Shown here piece after piece: positions 9,870 to 19,883 of a DNA stretch of 64,000 bases. Position numbers and translations under genes: made by a program. The DNA is from Clostridia bacterium (GTDB lineage Bacteria; Bacillota; Clostridia; TANB77; CAG-465). Numbering within the stretch: position 1 is the stretch's first letter; every line of letters starts with the position of its first letter. Location of the stretch: contig JAZSNU010000011.1 in assembly GCA_045536565.1 (NCBI GenBank), forward strand, positions 49,335 to 113,334. Reading direction: 5' to 3'. The notes below the pieces were generated by a model, which was given only the letters and a program-made list of their open reading frames with translations, did no database searches and was not told where the DNA came from.

Positions 9870-12188
9870 TTATTTACTGTTTAGCACTATATTGTTATTA
9901 TTTAACTCTAAAACATATTTCTTGTTTTCTTCTAGTTCATTTTTTATATATTTAAGAGCGATTAAATCTTCAATATATTTAGTAATAGTTCTTTTTAATG
10001 GTCTTGCACCAAACTTATTGCTAAATCCTTTATTTAGAATAAACTCAGCAACTTCATCAGTATATGAGATATTCAAGTTTTTCTTTTTTAATTCTTCTAT
10101 AAATTCATCTAAAAGTAGTTTGGTTATATTTAAAGAATCTTTCTTGTTTAATTTATTAAATACAACTATATCATCAATTCTATTTAAGAATTCAGGTGAG
10201 AAGAACTCTTTTAAAGCATGACTTACTTTTGTTTTTAACATGTCGTCTTCAATATTGTTATTTGCAAAACCATAACCTTCGTTTTTAAAGTTTGTTCCAA
10301 GATTAGATGTAAGAACAATTATAGTATGCTTAAATGAAACGGTTTTACCTTGTGAATCAGTAAGTCTACCATCATCTAAAACTTGAAGTAGCATATTGAA
10401 TATACTTGGATGAGCTTTTTCTATTTCATCAAATAATACAATACTATATGGATTTCTTCTAACTTTTTCAGTTAAATATCCAGCCTCATCATATCCAACA
10501 TATCCAGGAGGAGAACCAATAAGTTTTGAAATGCTATGTTGCTCCATATATTCTGACATATCTAATCTAATTATTGCATCTTCACGGTCAAATAATTCAT
10601 AAGCAAGAGCCTTTACAAGTGCTGTTTTACCAACACCAGTAGGTCCTACAAAAATGAAAGATGGTGGGTTATCGCTGTTTTTAATATTAGCCCTTTTCCT
10701 TAAAATAGAGTTATATAGTGTAGTTATTGCGATTTGTTGTCCTATTATTTTTTTACTTAAATTATTTTCTAAGTTAAGAAGTTTTTCTGTTTCTTTTTGA
10801 GATAATCTAGATGCTGGAATATTTGTCCAAAGTTCAACAACTCTTGCTAGATTATCAAAAGACAAAACAGGTTTTTTAGCCTTTTTATTTAAGTCAGATA
10901 AACTAGCCTCTAAGTTACATTGCATTGTCTTTAAGTTTGCTGCTTTTTCATATGTTTCAGGGCTTTCTGTGTCATTTATATTTGCAAGCTCAAATTCAGC
11001 ATCTTCTATTTGACTAGAAATTTCTTCTAATTGTTTTTCAATGCTTTCTATTTTATTTAGTGTTTTGTTATCTAAGTATACACGAGAACAAGCCTCATCT
11101 ATTAAATCTATGGCCTTATCAGGCAAAAATCTATCGTGAATATATTTTTTAGATAAGTTTATACTTTGAATAAGTGCATCATCTGGTATTATAACCTTAT
11201 GGTGTTTTTCGTAGTATGGTCTGATACCTTTTAATATTTCTAGTGTATCGCTAAAATTAGGCTCTTCTAAAATTATAGGTTGGAATCTTCTTTCTAGTGC
11301 AGCATCTTTTTCAATAGTTTTTCTGTATTCTTTTAAAGTTGTAGCACCAATAATTTGGATATCACCAGTAGCTAGGGCAGGTTTTAGCATATTTGCTGCA
11401 TTCATTGAATTGTCATGGTCGATAGAACCCATTATAGTATGCATTTCGTCTATTGCTAGTATTACATTAGAGAAAGATTTACACTCATCTATAATTCCTT
11501 TCATTCTTGCTTCAAATTGCCCTCTAAATTGAGTACCTGCAACAACAGCAGCCATATCAAGTAGGTAGATTTGTTTATCTTGTAATCTTTGTGGAACTTG
11601 TTTATTTGCTATCTTTATTGCAAGGCCATTCATAACAGCTGTTTTACCAACACCAGGTTCGCCAATTAGTGCAGCGTTATTTTTAGAACGACGGTTTAGA
11701 ATTTGTATTAATCTTTCTAACTCTTTGTCTCTACCAACTACATTATCTAATTTACCTTCTTTTGCAAGTTTTGTTAAATTAGTACCATAAACATCCAAGT
11801 ATTTAGCCTTTTTATTTTCCTTTTTTTCTTTCTTTTTAGTTTTAACAGTTTGTCCACTATTTTCTTCTATATCATCATCCATTGCCATATTTTCTGGATC
11901 AAAGCTACTAAAAGGATCAAATCCTAAATTATCAAAAGAGCCGAATATATTTGGCATAGAATCAGGATCAAATTTTCCAAGTAGTCCTTCAAACTGTTTT
12001 GTGATATTTTCCATTTGCTCAGGAGTTAAATTATCTACTGAATCTACAACTGATTTTATAGGGTCGATTCCTCTTTTTTTAGCACAATCTATACATAGTC
12101 CTTCACTAAATGTAGGTTTATTGTTTTCTTTATCAAATTTATTTACAAATATGACTGCCATATTTTTTTTACAAACAGAACATAACAT
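9870..12188 (-). CDS. clpE: ClpE-type AAA+ Clp ATPase with an N-terminal zinc ribbon
   Basis: I set the start at the ATG at 12188, which is preceded by GGAGG. The protein begins MLCSVCKK...CIDCAKKRG (CxxC...CxxC), where ClpC would carry Clp-N repeats. It has two AAA modules (GEPGVGKT, GPTGVGKT) and a ClpP-docking loop region. Confidence 0.8.
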   Translation of the reverse strand: MLCSVCKKNMAVIFVNKFDKENNKPTFSEGLCIDCAKKRGIDPIKSVVDSVDNLTPEQMENITKQFEGLLGKFDPDSMPNIFGSFDNLGFDPFSSFDPENMAMDDDIEENSGQTVKTKKKEKKENKKAKYLDVYGTNLTKLAKEGKLDNVVGRDKELERLIQILNRRSKNNAALIGEPGVGKTAVMNGLAIKIANKQVPQRLQDKQIYLLDMAAVVAGTQFRGQFEARMKGIIDECKSFSNVILAIDEMHTIMGSIDHDNSMNAANMLKPALATGDIQIIGATTLKEYRKTIEKDAALERRFQPIILEEPNFSDTLEILKGIRPYYEKHHKVIIPDDALIQSINLSKKYIHDRFLPDKAIDLIDEACSRVYLDNKTLNKIESIEKQLEEISSQIEDAEFELANINDTESPETYEKAANLKTMQCNLEASLSDLNKKAKKPVLSFDNLARVVELWTNIPASRLSQKETEKLLNLENNLSKKIIGQQIAITTLYNSILRKRANIKNSDNPPSFIFVGPTGVGKTALVKALAYELFDREDAIIRLDMSEYMEQHSISKLIGSPPGYVGYDEAGYLTEKVRRNPYSIVLFDEIEKAHPSIFNMLLQVLDDGRLTDSQGKTVSFKHTIIVLTSNLGTNFKNEGYGFANNNIEDDMLKTKVSHALKEFFSPEFLNRIDDIVVFNKLNKKDSLNITKLLLDEFIEELKKKNLNISYTDEVAEFILNKGFSNKFGARPLKRTITKYIEDLIALKYIKNELEENKKYVLELNNNNIVLNSK

Positions 12189-12406
12189 TTTTATATTACC
12201 TCCAATTAATTTACAAAGTATATCATAAAACGAGGATAAATACAAGCTTAATGGCATGTCTAAAAATGTAAAAAGTGTTTGTGAAACTATTTAAAGAAAC
12301 GAATATAATTAAATGTAATTTACATAATAATAAAAATGTGATATAATCATATAAGATCAACAAAACTATGTATTAATTTATAATTAAGTTATGGGAGGAA
12401 AAAAGA

Positions 12407-12694
12407 ATGAGTAATAGAAGTAAAACAAGAAAATATGATGAAAGAGTTAATGATGTCAAAATTATGGGAAAGTATATTGTTGAAAATAGCGCAACTATAC
12501 GGCAAGCAGCAGATTACGGTGGAATAAGTAAAACAGTATTACATAAAGATATAGAAAATATCCTTTCAAAAGAGGATTCAAAACTGTATGATAAAGTAAG
12601 AAAAGTTCTTGACAAAAACAAAGCAGAAAGACATAGTCGGGGAGGATTAGCAACAAAAATAAAATTTGCTAAGGATAAAAATAACAGAGATTAA
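12407..12694 (+). CDS. spoIIID: Stage III sporulation transcriptional regulator SpoIIID
   Basis: 95 aa. GKYIVENSATIRQAADYGGISKTVLHKD is the SpoIIID helix-turn-helix, and it ends HSRGGLATKIKFAK like B. subtilis SpoIIID. RBS GGGAGG is upstream. Confidence 0.85.
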   Translation: MSNRSKTRKYDERVNDVKIMGKYIVENSATIRQAADYGGISKTVLHKDIENILSKEDSKLYDKVRKVLDKNKAERHSRGGLATKIKFAKDKNNRD

Positions 12695-12706
12695 AATCTC
12701 TGTTAT
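12672..12706. terminator. Bidirectional terminator between spoIIID and the convergent MFS gene
   Basis: Inverted repeat aacagagatt..aatctctgtt followed by attttgtt. Confidence 0.55.
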
Positions 12707-13971
12707 TTTGTTAATTTATAATTTATATCTTTTTCCGCATATTGTTCTGGTTTTAAACCCAATCTAGGACGCATATAATCTAAGATAAGTAGTATAGTCA
12801 TAATGAAGATTACACCAAATATAACATATGCAATTCCTATGTTTGTAATTTCTAGAAGTTTACTTGCTAAAAATAATAGTGAAAATGTACCAAGCATTTC
12901 GGATAAATAATATACAGACATTATTTTAGGTCTTATAGCACTAGTAGTGAAGTTGTTTAAATATTTTTTCATTATAACTCTATAACTTCCTTTGAAAAAG
13001 TTTTGCAAAGCAAAAACTATAAATCCTATAAATAATAATATATTTGTATTAAATCCTATCAGATGAGGTATACCTACAAACAAGAAAACAGAAATATATA
13101 TAATAGATATATATGCTAATGTTTTTTTCTTTTTCTTATCTTGGAATTTATCTTGGTATGAAGAACCTATTGCGGATATTATGCTAAGCGCTGATGTTAT
13201 AAGTCCAAACATAACAGATGATACTTCTATGTCTGTCATGAAAGCCTTTGAAAAGTTGTTTGCAACAGAAACTACTCCTGCAAAAACACAAGCAAAGACA
13301 AGTAACGCTTTCATTCTTTCACTTTTAAATATAAATTTAAATCCAAGTTTCATATCTTCTATATATTCAGTATGACTTAATTCTTTATTGTTTTTTGTCA
13401 TTATTGTACTTTCGTCAAATTTAAATGATAATATTGTAGATGTAAGCATTGATAGAGCGCATAGTACAATAGGTATATATGGGTTTATTACATATAAATA
13501 ACCTGATATTATAGAGGCAACAGCTTCTGTATAAAAATAGTATGAAGAACCTTTCGCTTCAACTTTTGCTGAATCATTCTCTATATGTTCTTTTTTCATA
13601 ATTGTAAATAGGAAAGGGGATTCGGATACACTTTTTAGAGCAAATCCAAATGCCATTTGGATGTCTCCTAGCATTACAGTTGAAAAAGAATTTGCTATTA
13701 TATATGTAAGTACGCCAGTTGTACAAAATATGTTTCCTAAAACAATACATTTTTTATATCCTATTTTATCAACAACAAATGTTACGGGTATTTGAAATAT
13801 CATTTGAAAAGCACTATACAAAGAACTAAGTAAAACAATATTAGCAACTGATATTCCTTTTACATTGTGCAAAAAAAGCATTTGTATTGCATAATAGAAT
13901 AATAAATCGTACGCAAATAATTTATATATTGGAAATAATTTAATGTTTTTAAAATTTATTTTAGATTCCAC
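12703..13971 (-). CDS. MFS-type membrane transporter
   Basis: 422 aa with about 12 predicted hydrophobic helices and a central loop, the generic MFS topology. Confidence 0.6.
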   Translation of the reverse strand: MESKINFKNIKLFPIYKLFAYDLLFYYAIQMLFLHNVKGISVANIVLLSSLYSAFQMIFQIPVTFVVDKIGYKKCIVLGNIFCTTGVLTYIIANSFSTVMLGDIQMAFGFALKSVSESPFLFTIMKKEHIENDSAKVEAKGSSYYFYTEAVASIISGYLYVINPYIPIVLCALSMLTSTILSFKFDESTIMTKNNKELSHTEYIEDMKLGFKFIFKSERMKALLVFACVFAGVVSVANNFSKAFMTDIEVSSVMFGLITSALSIISAIGSSYQDKFQDKKKKKTLAYISIIYISVFLFVGIPHLIGFNTNILLFIGFIVFALQNFFKGSYRVIMKKYLNNFTTSAIRPKIMSVYYLSEMLGTFSLLFLASKLLEITNIGIAYVIFGVIFIMTILLILDYMRPRLGLKPEQYAEKDINYKLTK

Positions 13972-14116
13972 TTTTATAACCTCTCATATGTATATATAAA
14001 AATTATATTAAAAGTAAAAAGATAATTCAATATAAAGCACAAAAAAATAGGAGAAATCTCAAAAAAATGTAAGAAAAAACTACTGAAATAAAAGTATTAT
14101 TCCAATAGATAAATAG

Positions 14117-14317
14117 TTATATAGTCCAGCTTTTAATATCTTTTAATGCAAAACCTCTTTCAGCACCTTTTTCTATATCAATAGCATTTAAAATCCATTG
14201 TTCTTCTTTATGCCAATCAGTAGATTTAAATTCAATATTAATAGGCAATATTTTTCTAGTTCTAGTTTCATCTTTCCAGTTAGTATAAAGTATTTTAACA
14301 ATTTTATCTTTATCCAT
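14117..14317 (-). CDS. Small hypothetical protein (66 aa)
   Basis: I set the start at the ATG at 14317, which is preceded by AAGAGGTG. It begins MDKDKIVKILYTNWKDE... Confidence 0.4.
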   Translation of the reverse strand: MDKDKIVKILYTNWKDETRTRKILPINIEFKSTDWHKEEQWILNAIDIEKGAERGFALKDIKSWTI

Positions 14318-14504
14318 AAAATCACCTCTTATACATATAAAATACAAAAATTAATCAATAGTTTCATAATAATACGATGTTTCAATACCTTTGAATATTG
14401 TATATAAATCAAAATTATAAATATCATTACTTGAAAATAATTTTTTGCATTTTCTAAATATTTTATATCAATTTTATTCATATAAAACATTTCATATATA
14501 CAAT

Positions 14505-14528
14505 AAGCCCATCCGTATGGTTGGGCTC
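14505..14528 (-). terminator. Hairpin downstream of tRNA-Trp
   Basis: agccca tccgtatggt tgggct inverted repeat just 3' of the tRNA on the minus strand. Confidence 0.4.
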
Positions 14529-14536
14529 AATAAATT

Positions 14537-14610
14537 TGGCAGGGGTAGAGAGATTCGAACTCCCATGAACGGTTTTGGAGACCGGCATGCTACCATTGCA
14601 TCATACCCCT
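14537..14610 (-). tRNA. trnW: tRNA-Trp (anticodon CCA)
   Basis: The reverse complement reads AGGGGTATGATGCAATGGTAGCATGCCGGTCTCCAAAACCG...GGGAGTTCGAATCTCTCTACCCCTGCCA. It has a cloverleaf with a T-loop GTTCGAATC, anticodon loop CTCCAAA and an encoded 3' CCA. Confidence 0.8.
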
Positions 14611-14719
14611 TTATTTAATACTTGTATAGTATAACATATAAATGATAAAAATATCAATACTAAAATGTATATTTTATGAAATTTGTAATTAATACTAAAT
14701 ATTGAATGTACTTAAAATG

Positions 14720-14748
14720 TTTACATAATATAAGAGATGTGGTATAAT
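14720..14748 (+). promoter_or_regulatory. SigA-type promoter upstream of ORF 14806
   Basis: -35 tttaca at 14720-25, 17-nt spacer, then extended -10 tgg tataat at 14740-48. Confidence 0.45.
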
Positions 14749-14805
14749 ATAAGTATATGAAGTGATATATTAAAAAATGATTATTTATTTTAAGGAGGAA
14801 AATAT

Positions 14806-15222
14806 ATGAATTTGGGTCAGCTATTGCACGAACTTGAACGGTCGTTCAAGGAAATGATAAGCGAAACCAAGGATTATCTCCATAATCCTGTTATAAAAGA
14901 TTTTGTAAGTCAAAAGGAAGCAGATTACCGGGAATTTAGAGAATTAGTATCTGAATATGATAGACAACTTATAGTTCCTAAAATTATTGAAAGATTTCAA
15001 AAACGGAATGTTGAATCAAAATTTTACGGTATGTGTGTAAGATATGATAAATATTTTGATTATAACAAACAAGTAAAAGCGGAGTTAGAAAACGAAATGT
15101 TTAGAACTGCTTTTAAGAAAGAAACAGCTAATGACATTCAGTTCGATGCCGATTATGCGATTCCTGATGAACTTGACAAAAAAACTTTTGACAAATTATA
15201 TGGAGAAGAAGTTGCTAGTTAA
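14806..15222 (+). CDS. Hypothetical protein (138 aa), compositionally GC-richer than its surroundings
   Basis: RBS AAGGAGG is upstream. The codon usage is less A/T-biased than neighbours (gggtcagctattgcacgaacttgaacggtcgttcaagg). I recognise no motif. Confidence 0.5.
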   Translation: MNLGQLLHELERSFKEMISETKDYLHNPVIKDFVSQKEADYREFRELVSEYDRQLIVPKIIERFQKRNVESKFYGMCVRYDKYFDYNKQVKAELENEMFRTAFKKETANDIQFDADYAIPDELDKKTFDKLYGEEVAS

Positions 15223-15323
15223 ATACTAGCAATTTTTTTCTGTAAAATGTAATTAGTATTTATTGGATTAAGAATAATTGAATATTGAACTTAAAAATGA
15301 TAAAATATACACATGGTGATTAG

Positions 15324-16052
15324 ATGTATTATGAAATAAAAGATAATAACAAAAAAGAATGGATAGTTTTATTACATTGTATATGTGCAAATATGCATAT
15401 TTTTGATGCATATTTAGATAAATTAAGTGAGAGATATAACATATTAAGTATAGATTTACCTGGGCATGGTGAAAGTAGAGAATATAGTGATAAAATTGGG
15501 TTTAAAGAGGTTGCAGAAAAAATAATTAAAATTACGGAGGAAAACAATATAGATAAATTTGCAATTTGGGGGATATCTTTGGGAAGTGTTGTTGCAAAAT
15601 ACATTTTACAAATGGTACCTCAAAAAATAGATAAAATAGTATTTGAGAGTCCTGCTTTTTATATTGAAAATAAAGTGTATTTATCTATGTTTAGATTATT
15701 TAATAAAGTTAAATATATAATACCAAAAACCATATATCTTAAATCTTTTATATATGCTGTTATTCCAGGAAAAAACAGAAAATATATGAGAAAAGATATG
15801 TATGATATGTTAAGAAAATCAAATTATAACATATTGAGTATTTGGTTAGGACTTTTAAATAATGAATATAAATGTAAGAATTTTGATACTTTAAATAATT
15901 CTAATATTGATAAATATTATATATTGGGTGATAAAGATTATATATTCAAAAATGGAACAATTAATAATATAAAAGAAAATGAATATAACAAAGTAATTAT
16001 TGAGAAAAACTGTGGACATTTATGTCATTTAGAAACGACTATTTCAATTTAG
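15324..16052 (+). CDS. Alpha/beta-hydrolase fold protein (paralogue 1)
   Basis: It has an HGxS-like LPGHGES, a nucleophile elbow GISLGS and a C-terminal GHLCHLE, probably the His of the triad. Confidence 0.55.
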   Translation: MYYEIKDNNKKEWIVLLHCICANMHIFDAYLDKLSERYNILSIDLPGHGESREYSDKIGFKEVAEKIIKITEENNIDKFAIWGISLGSVVAKYILQMVPQKIDKIVFESPAFYIENKVYLSMFRLFNKVKYIIPKTIYLKSFIYAVIPGKNRKYMRKDMYDMLRKSNYNILSIWLGLLNNEYKCKNFDTLNNSNIDKYYILGDKDYIFKNGTINNIKENEYNKVIIEKNCGHLCHLETTISI

Positions 16053-16159
16053 AGATAGTTGTTTTTATAATTCGCCAACTTGACATAAATATAGGAGGGT
16101 GATATAATAAAGGGCGTATTAAATGGTAAAAAACGATTCTAATTAGGAGGTTTGGAAAT

Positions 16160-16939
16160 ATGATATATAAAGAAATAGATAATAAGAAGAATAAGTGGAT
16201 AGTATTAATACACTGTGTTTGTGGAAATGAAAAAATATTTAATGAGCAATTATCATTATTAAAACAGTATTATAACATAGCAATCGTACGGCTGGCAGGA
16301 CATGAAATTGATTCTAAAATTAACGAAGCAACATTTAGCTATGTTGTAGAGAAAATTCGTGATTTTGTTTTGAAAAAAAGGACAAAGATTGATTTGTTAG
16401 GTGTATCAATAGGTGCAATGATTGCTACAAAGTATTTAACAATATACCCTGATGATGTAAACAAGGCATATTTAATAGGTAATATATATGGGTTTTCATT
16501 ACCATTGTTTAAAACTGGTTATATGCTCTTAACAAGAGTTAATAAACTATTACCAAGAAGTGTTTATATGTATTTTATTACAAAGCTTATATTGCCAGGA
16601 AAAAAAGAACATTCTCAGAGAAAGAAATTATATAAATATTCATTGAAAATGAAACCAGAATTTTTATATTTATGGATGTCTGAAATGGGAAAGTTTATAC
16701 TACAAGGCGAAGGCTACTTGAATGTGACTTTATCTAATAACAATAACAATAACATTAAACTTATATATGGTGAGCATGATAATATGTTTTTGAATTGGGT
16801 TAAAAAAAGATTAAAAGGTAGAGATAAATCTATATTACATATTATGAAAGATTCAGGACACTTGTGTAATATTGATAATCCTAATAGCATTAATACAATT
16901 ATAAAGGAGGATAACGATGAAGAATTTGGCTATAATTGA
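16160..16939 (+). CDS. Alpha/beta-hydrolase fold protein (paralogue 2)
   Basis: Its N-terminus MIYKEIDNKKNKWIVLIHCVCGN parallels the first copy's MYYEIKDNNKKEWIVLLHCICAN. It has a GVSIGAM elbow and SGHLCNIDNP near the C-terminus. RBS AGGAGG is upstream. Confidence 0.55.
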   Translation: MIYKEIDNKKNKWIVLIHCVCGNEKIFNEQLSLLKQYYNIAIVRLAGHEIDSKINEATFSYVVEKIRDFVLKKRTKIDLLGVSIGAMIATKYLTIYPDDVNKAYLIGNIYGFSLPLFKTGYMLLTRVNKLLPRSVYMYFITKLILPGKKEHSQRKKLYKYSLKMKPEFLYLWMSEMGKFILQGEGYLNVTLSNNNNNNIKLIYGEHDNMFLNWVKKRLKGRDKSILHIMKDSGHLCNIDNPNSINTIIKEDNDEEFGYN

Positions 16940-17537
16940 TATTGATGGAACTATTACAGATTTTTATAAAGTTGACCGCGAAATTATTTCTGAGTTGTAT
17001 GGGAATAATAAAGTTATAAAATTATTAGATAAAATTCTATGGAAAATAAATTCTATGGATATTATAACTAATAGATTTTTTATTTTTAAACTAAGAATTA
17101 TGCTGTATAGTTTTCTTAATAAATCTAGTTTCGATAAGGATTTTGAAACATATAAAGAAAAATATATAGCTTACGCAAAACATTATTTTAAGACTTTTAT
17201 GAAGAACGAATATGTAACTATAAAAGAAAAAGGATTAAAAGTTCTTTTGCTTACATGTGACCCGTTTGACGGTTTTTGTGATAATAGAGTTACAGTTGTT
17301 CAAAATAAAATTGGATATGTACTCGATAATGTTTTAGGTAAATACGATAAAATCTATGTAATAGGTAATAATTATATGGATGATATAAAAATAGGATTAA
17401 GACTTAGAAAAAAAATAAAAGAATCTGGCAGCGTAAGTGTTTTTTATATTGGTAATAGCTCAGTGCTCAAAAGATACTTGAAAAATAAAGATGTTTTTAC
17501 TTTTCAATATCTAAAAGATGCAGTTAAGAAAATATAA
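16917..17537 (+). CDS. HAD-superfamily hydrolase-like protein
   Basis: IIDIDGTITDF is HAD motif I (DxDGT). It overlaps the preceding gene by 23 nt and has a GIGNNYMDD-like motif near the C-terminus. Confidence 0.45.
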   Translation: MKNLAIIDIDGTITDFYKVDREIISELYGNNKVIKLLDKILWKINSMDIITNRFFIFKLRIMLYSFLNKSSFDKDFETYKEKYIAYAKHYFKTFMKNEYVTIKEKGLKVLLLTCDPFDGFCDNRVTVVQNKIGYVLDNVLGKYDKIYVIGNNYMDDIKIGLRLRKKIKESGSVSVFYIGNSSVLKRYLKNKDVFTFQYLKDAVKKI

Positions 17538-17657
17538 ACCATCAATTATTTTATTAATTTGGTGGTTTATATTATGCATATTTTTAATACTACATTAATA
17601 TAATATAAATAGGGCGAATGAGTAAAAATATAATAATTTATTTAAGGAGGTTTCAAT

Positions 17658-18059
17658 ATGAATAATTTTGTTATTGAAAAGAAAAGGTTAAAATGTAAAA
17701 ATCAGGAACCAATTATCAAACATTATGTGTTAGGGTATATTTTAGAGTGTATTGTTCGAAAAGATTATAACATTAAACTTAATATTGAAAGATTTTTAGT
17801 ATACGAACTAAAAATTATATCTTTAAGTACATTTTTAAATTGTATTCAAAAGATAAGATTAAGTAGAACGCTTGAGGGTGATGAAAATATCATAAAATGT
17901 GCTGATTTATTAGACATGATTGAAATTATTAAATATGATTATTTTGCACAAACAAGAATAGTAGAAAAATTACAAACTTATGCAGAAAATTATGATGACG
18001 GAATATACATAAATTCAAAAATGGCAGTAACTAATTTCTCTATTGTTAAGAATTTCTGA
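17658..18059 (+). CDS. Hypothetical protein (133 aa)
   Basis: RBS AAGGAGG is upstream. I recognise no motif. Confidence 0.4.
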   Translation: MNNFVIEKKRLKCKNQEPIIKHYVLGYILECIVRKDYNIKLNIERFLVYELKIISLSTFLNCIQKIRLSRTLEGDENIIKCADLLDMIEIIKYDYFAQTRIVEKLQTYAENYDDGIYINSKMAVTNFSIVKNF

Positions 18060-18064
18060 TTTTT

Positions 18065-18099
18065 AAGAGATATCAAGGATGATATCTCTTCTTTTTTTT
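18065..18099 (+). terminator. Rho-independent terminator
   Basis: aagagatatca agg tgatatctctt followed by T8. Confidence 0.7.
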
Positions 18100-18173
18100 G
18101 TAAAAAAGGTTTACAAAATTTGTTAAATAGTTTACAATAATAGTTGTAATTTTATTTAATAAAGGAGAAAAAG

Positions 18174-19784
18174 ATGATAGCAGCAAATAATGTAACATTA
18201 AGATTTGGAAAAAGAGTATTGTTTGAAGATGTAAATATTAAATTTACAGCAGGAAATTGTTATGGATTAATAGGTGCAAATGGTGCAGGAAAATCTACAT
18301 TTTTGAAAATATTATCAGGAGAAATAGAACCAAGTAATGGTGAAATAAATATAACTACTGGTGAGAGAATGTCAGTACTTAAACAAAACCATTATGAATA
18401 CGATGATTTTGATGTTCTTACCACTGTTATAATGGGAAATCAAAAGTTATATAGCGTAATGAAAGAAAGAGAAGCTATATACATGAAAGAAGATTTTTCA
18501 GATGAAGATGGAATAAGAGCAGGAGTATTAGAGGCGGAATTTGCAGAAATGAATGGCTGGGATGCAGAGTCAGATGCAGCGATACTTTTAAATGGTTTAG
18601 GAATAGAAACAGAATTGCATCAAAAATACATGAGAGAATTAACAGGTGCTGAAAAGGTAAAAGTACTTCTTGCACAGGCTTTGTTTGGAAACCCAGATAT
18701 ATTACTTCTAGATGAGCCAACAAACCATTTAGACATTGAGGCTATAAGATGGCTTGAAGAGTTTTTAATTAATTTTGAAAATACAGTTATAGTAGTATCT
18801 CACGATAGATATTTCTTGAATAAAGTATGTACTCATATAGCAGATATTGATTATGGAAAAATACAATTATTTGTTGGTAACTATGATTTCTGGTATGAAT
18901 CAAGTCAGTTAATACAAAGACAAATGAGAGAGGCAAACAAGAAAAAAGAAGATAAAATTAAAGAACTTCAAGAATTTATAGCAAGATTTAGTGCTAATGC
19001 TTCTAAATCTAAACAAGCAACTTCAAGAAAGAAAATGTTAGAAAAAATCGAACTAGATGATATAAAACCATCTAGTAGAAGATATCCATATATAGATTTT
19101 AAACCAGATAGAGAAATAGGAAATGATGTACTTGTTGTAAAAAATGTTTCTAAAACTATTGATGGTGAAAAAGTATTAGATAATGTAAGTTTTACACTTA
19201 CAAAAGATGATAAGGTAGCTTTTGTTGGGGATAATGTTATTGGAATAACAGCTTTGCTAGGTATTTTAGCCGGAGATATAGAGCCAGATTCGGGTGAGAT
19301 TAAGTATGGTCAAACAATTACTACATCATATTTCCCAAAAGATAATACTAAATATTTTAGTAATGAAGTGAGCCTTCTTGATTGGCTTAGAGAATATTCA
19401 AAAGAAAAAGATGACACATTTGTAAGAAGTTTCTTAGGTAGAATGCTATTTTCAGGTGAAGAAGGATTGAAGAAAACAAATGTAATATCGGGAGGAGAGA
19501 GAGTAAGATGTATGCTTGCTAAAATGATGTTATCAGGTGCAAATCTTCTTATTCTTGATCAACCAACAAACCATTTGGATATGGAATCTATTACTGCATT
19601 AAACAATGGAATGATATCATTTAAAGGTGTATTATTATTTGCATCATATGATCATCAATTTGTTCAAACAACAGCAAATAGAATTATAGAGGTAAAAAAG
19701 GACGGAATAGTAGATAGAAGAACTACATATGATGAATATTTAGATTATAGTGAGTCGGCGAGAAAATCAGTAAATGAAGTATAA
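18174..19784 (+). CDS. ABC-F family ATPase with two ABC cassettes and no TM domain
   Basis: Two Walker A sites (GANGAGKST, GDNVIGIT-type degenerate second) and two ABC signatures (LTGAEKVKV, ISGGERVRC), joined by a charged linker. The architecture is the EttA/Uup/YdiF type. Confidence 0.8.
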   Translation: MIAANNVTLRFGKRVLFEDVNIKFTAGNCYGLIGANGAGKSTFLKILSGEIEPSNGEINITTGERMSVLKQNHYEYDDFDVLTTVIMGNQKLYSVMKEREAIYMKEDFSDEDGIRAGVLEAEFAEMNGWDAESDAAILLNGLGIETELHQKYMRELTGAEKVKVLLAQALFGNPDILLLDEPTNHLDIEAIRWLEEFLINFENTVIVVSHDRYFLNKVCTHIADIDYGKIQLFVGNYDFWYESSQLIQRQMREANKKKEDKIKELQEFIARFSANASKSKQATSRKKMLEKIELDDIKPSSRRYPYIDFKPDREIGNDVLVVKNVSKTIDGEKVLDNVSFTLTKDDKVAFVGDNVIGITALLGILAGDIEPDSGEIKYGQTITTSYFPKDNTKYFSNEVSLLDWLREYSKEKDDTFVRSFLGRMLFSGEEGLKKTNVISGGERVRCMLAKMMLSGANLLILDQPTNHLDMESITALNNGMISFKGVLLFASYDHQFVQTTANRIIEVKKDGIVDRRTTYDEYLDYSESARKSVNEV

Positions 19785-19883
19785 ATTATATAAGGTGTAT
19801 ATAGAAATATATATGCCTTTTTCTTTGTCTTGTAACCTTTTCTTGCAAAATATCATAGCATATATCATATGGAGGTATTGTAT

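Noticed and set aside
9892-12228. Plus-strand ORFs 9892-10221 and 12001-12228 inside clpE
   Set aside because: Antisense to the AAA+ ATPase, whose motifs read cleanly on the minus strand.
13181-13375. 64-aa plus-strand ORF within the MFS transporter gene
   Set aside because: Antisense overlap.
14198-14407. 69-aa plus-strand ORF overlapping the small minus-strand gene at 14117-14317
   Set aside because: Only the minus-strand reading has a credible RBS (AAGAGGTG). The plus ORF is Phe/Ile-rich noise.
15329-15604. Minus-strand ORF in the first alpha/beta-hydrolase gene
   Set aside because: Antisense overlap.
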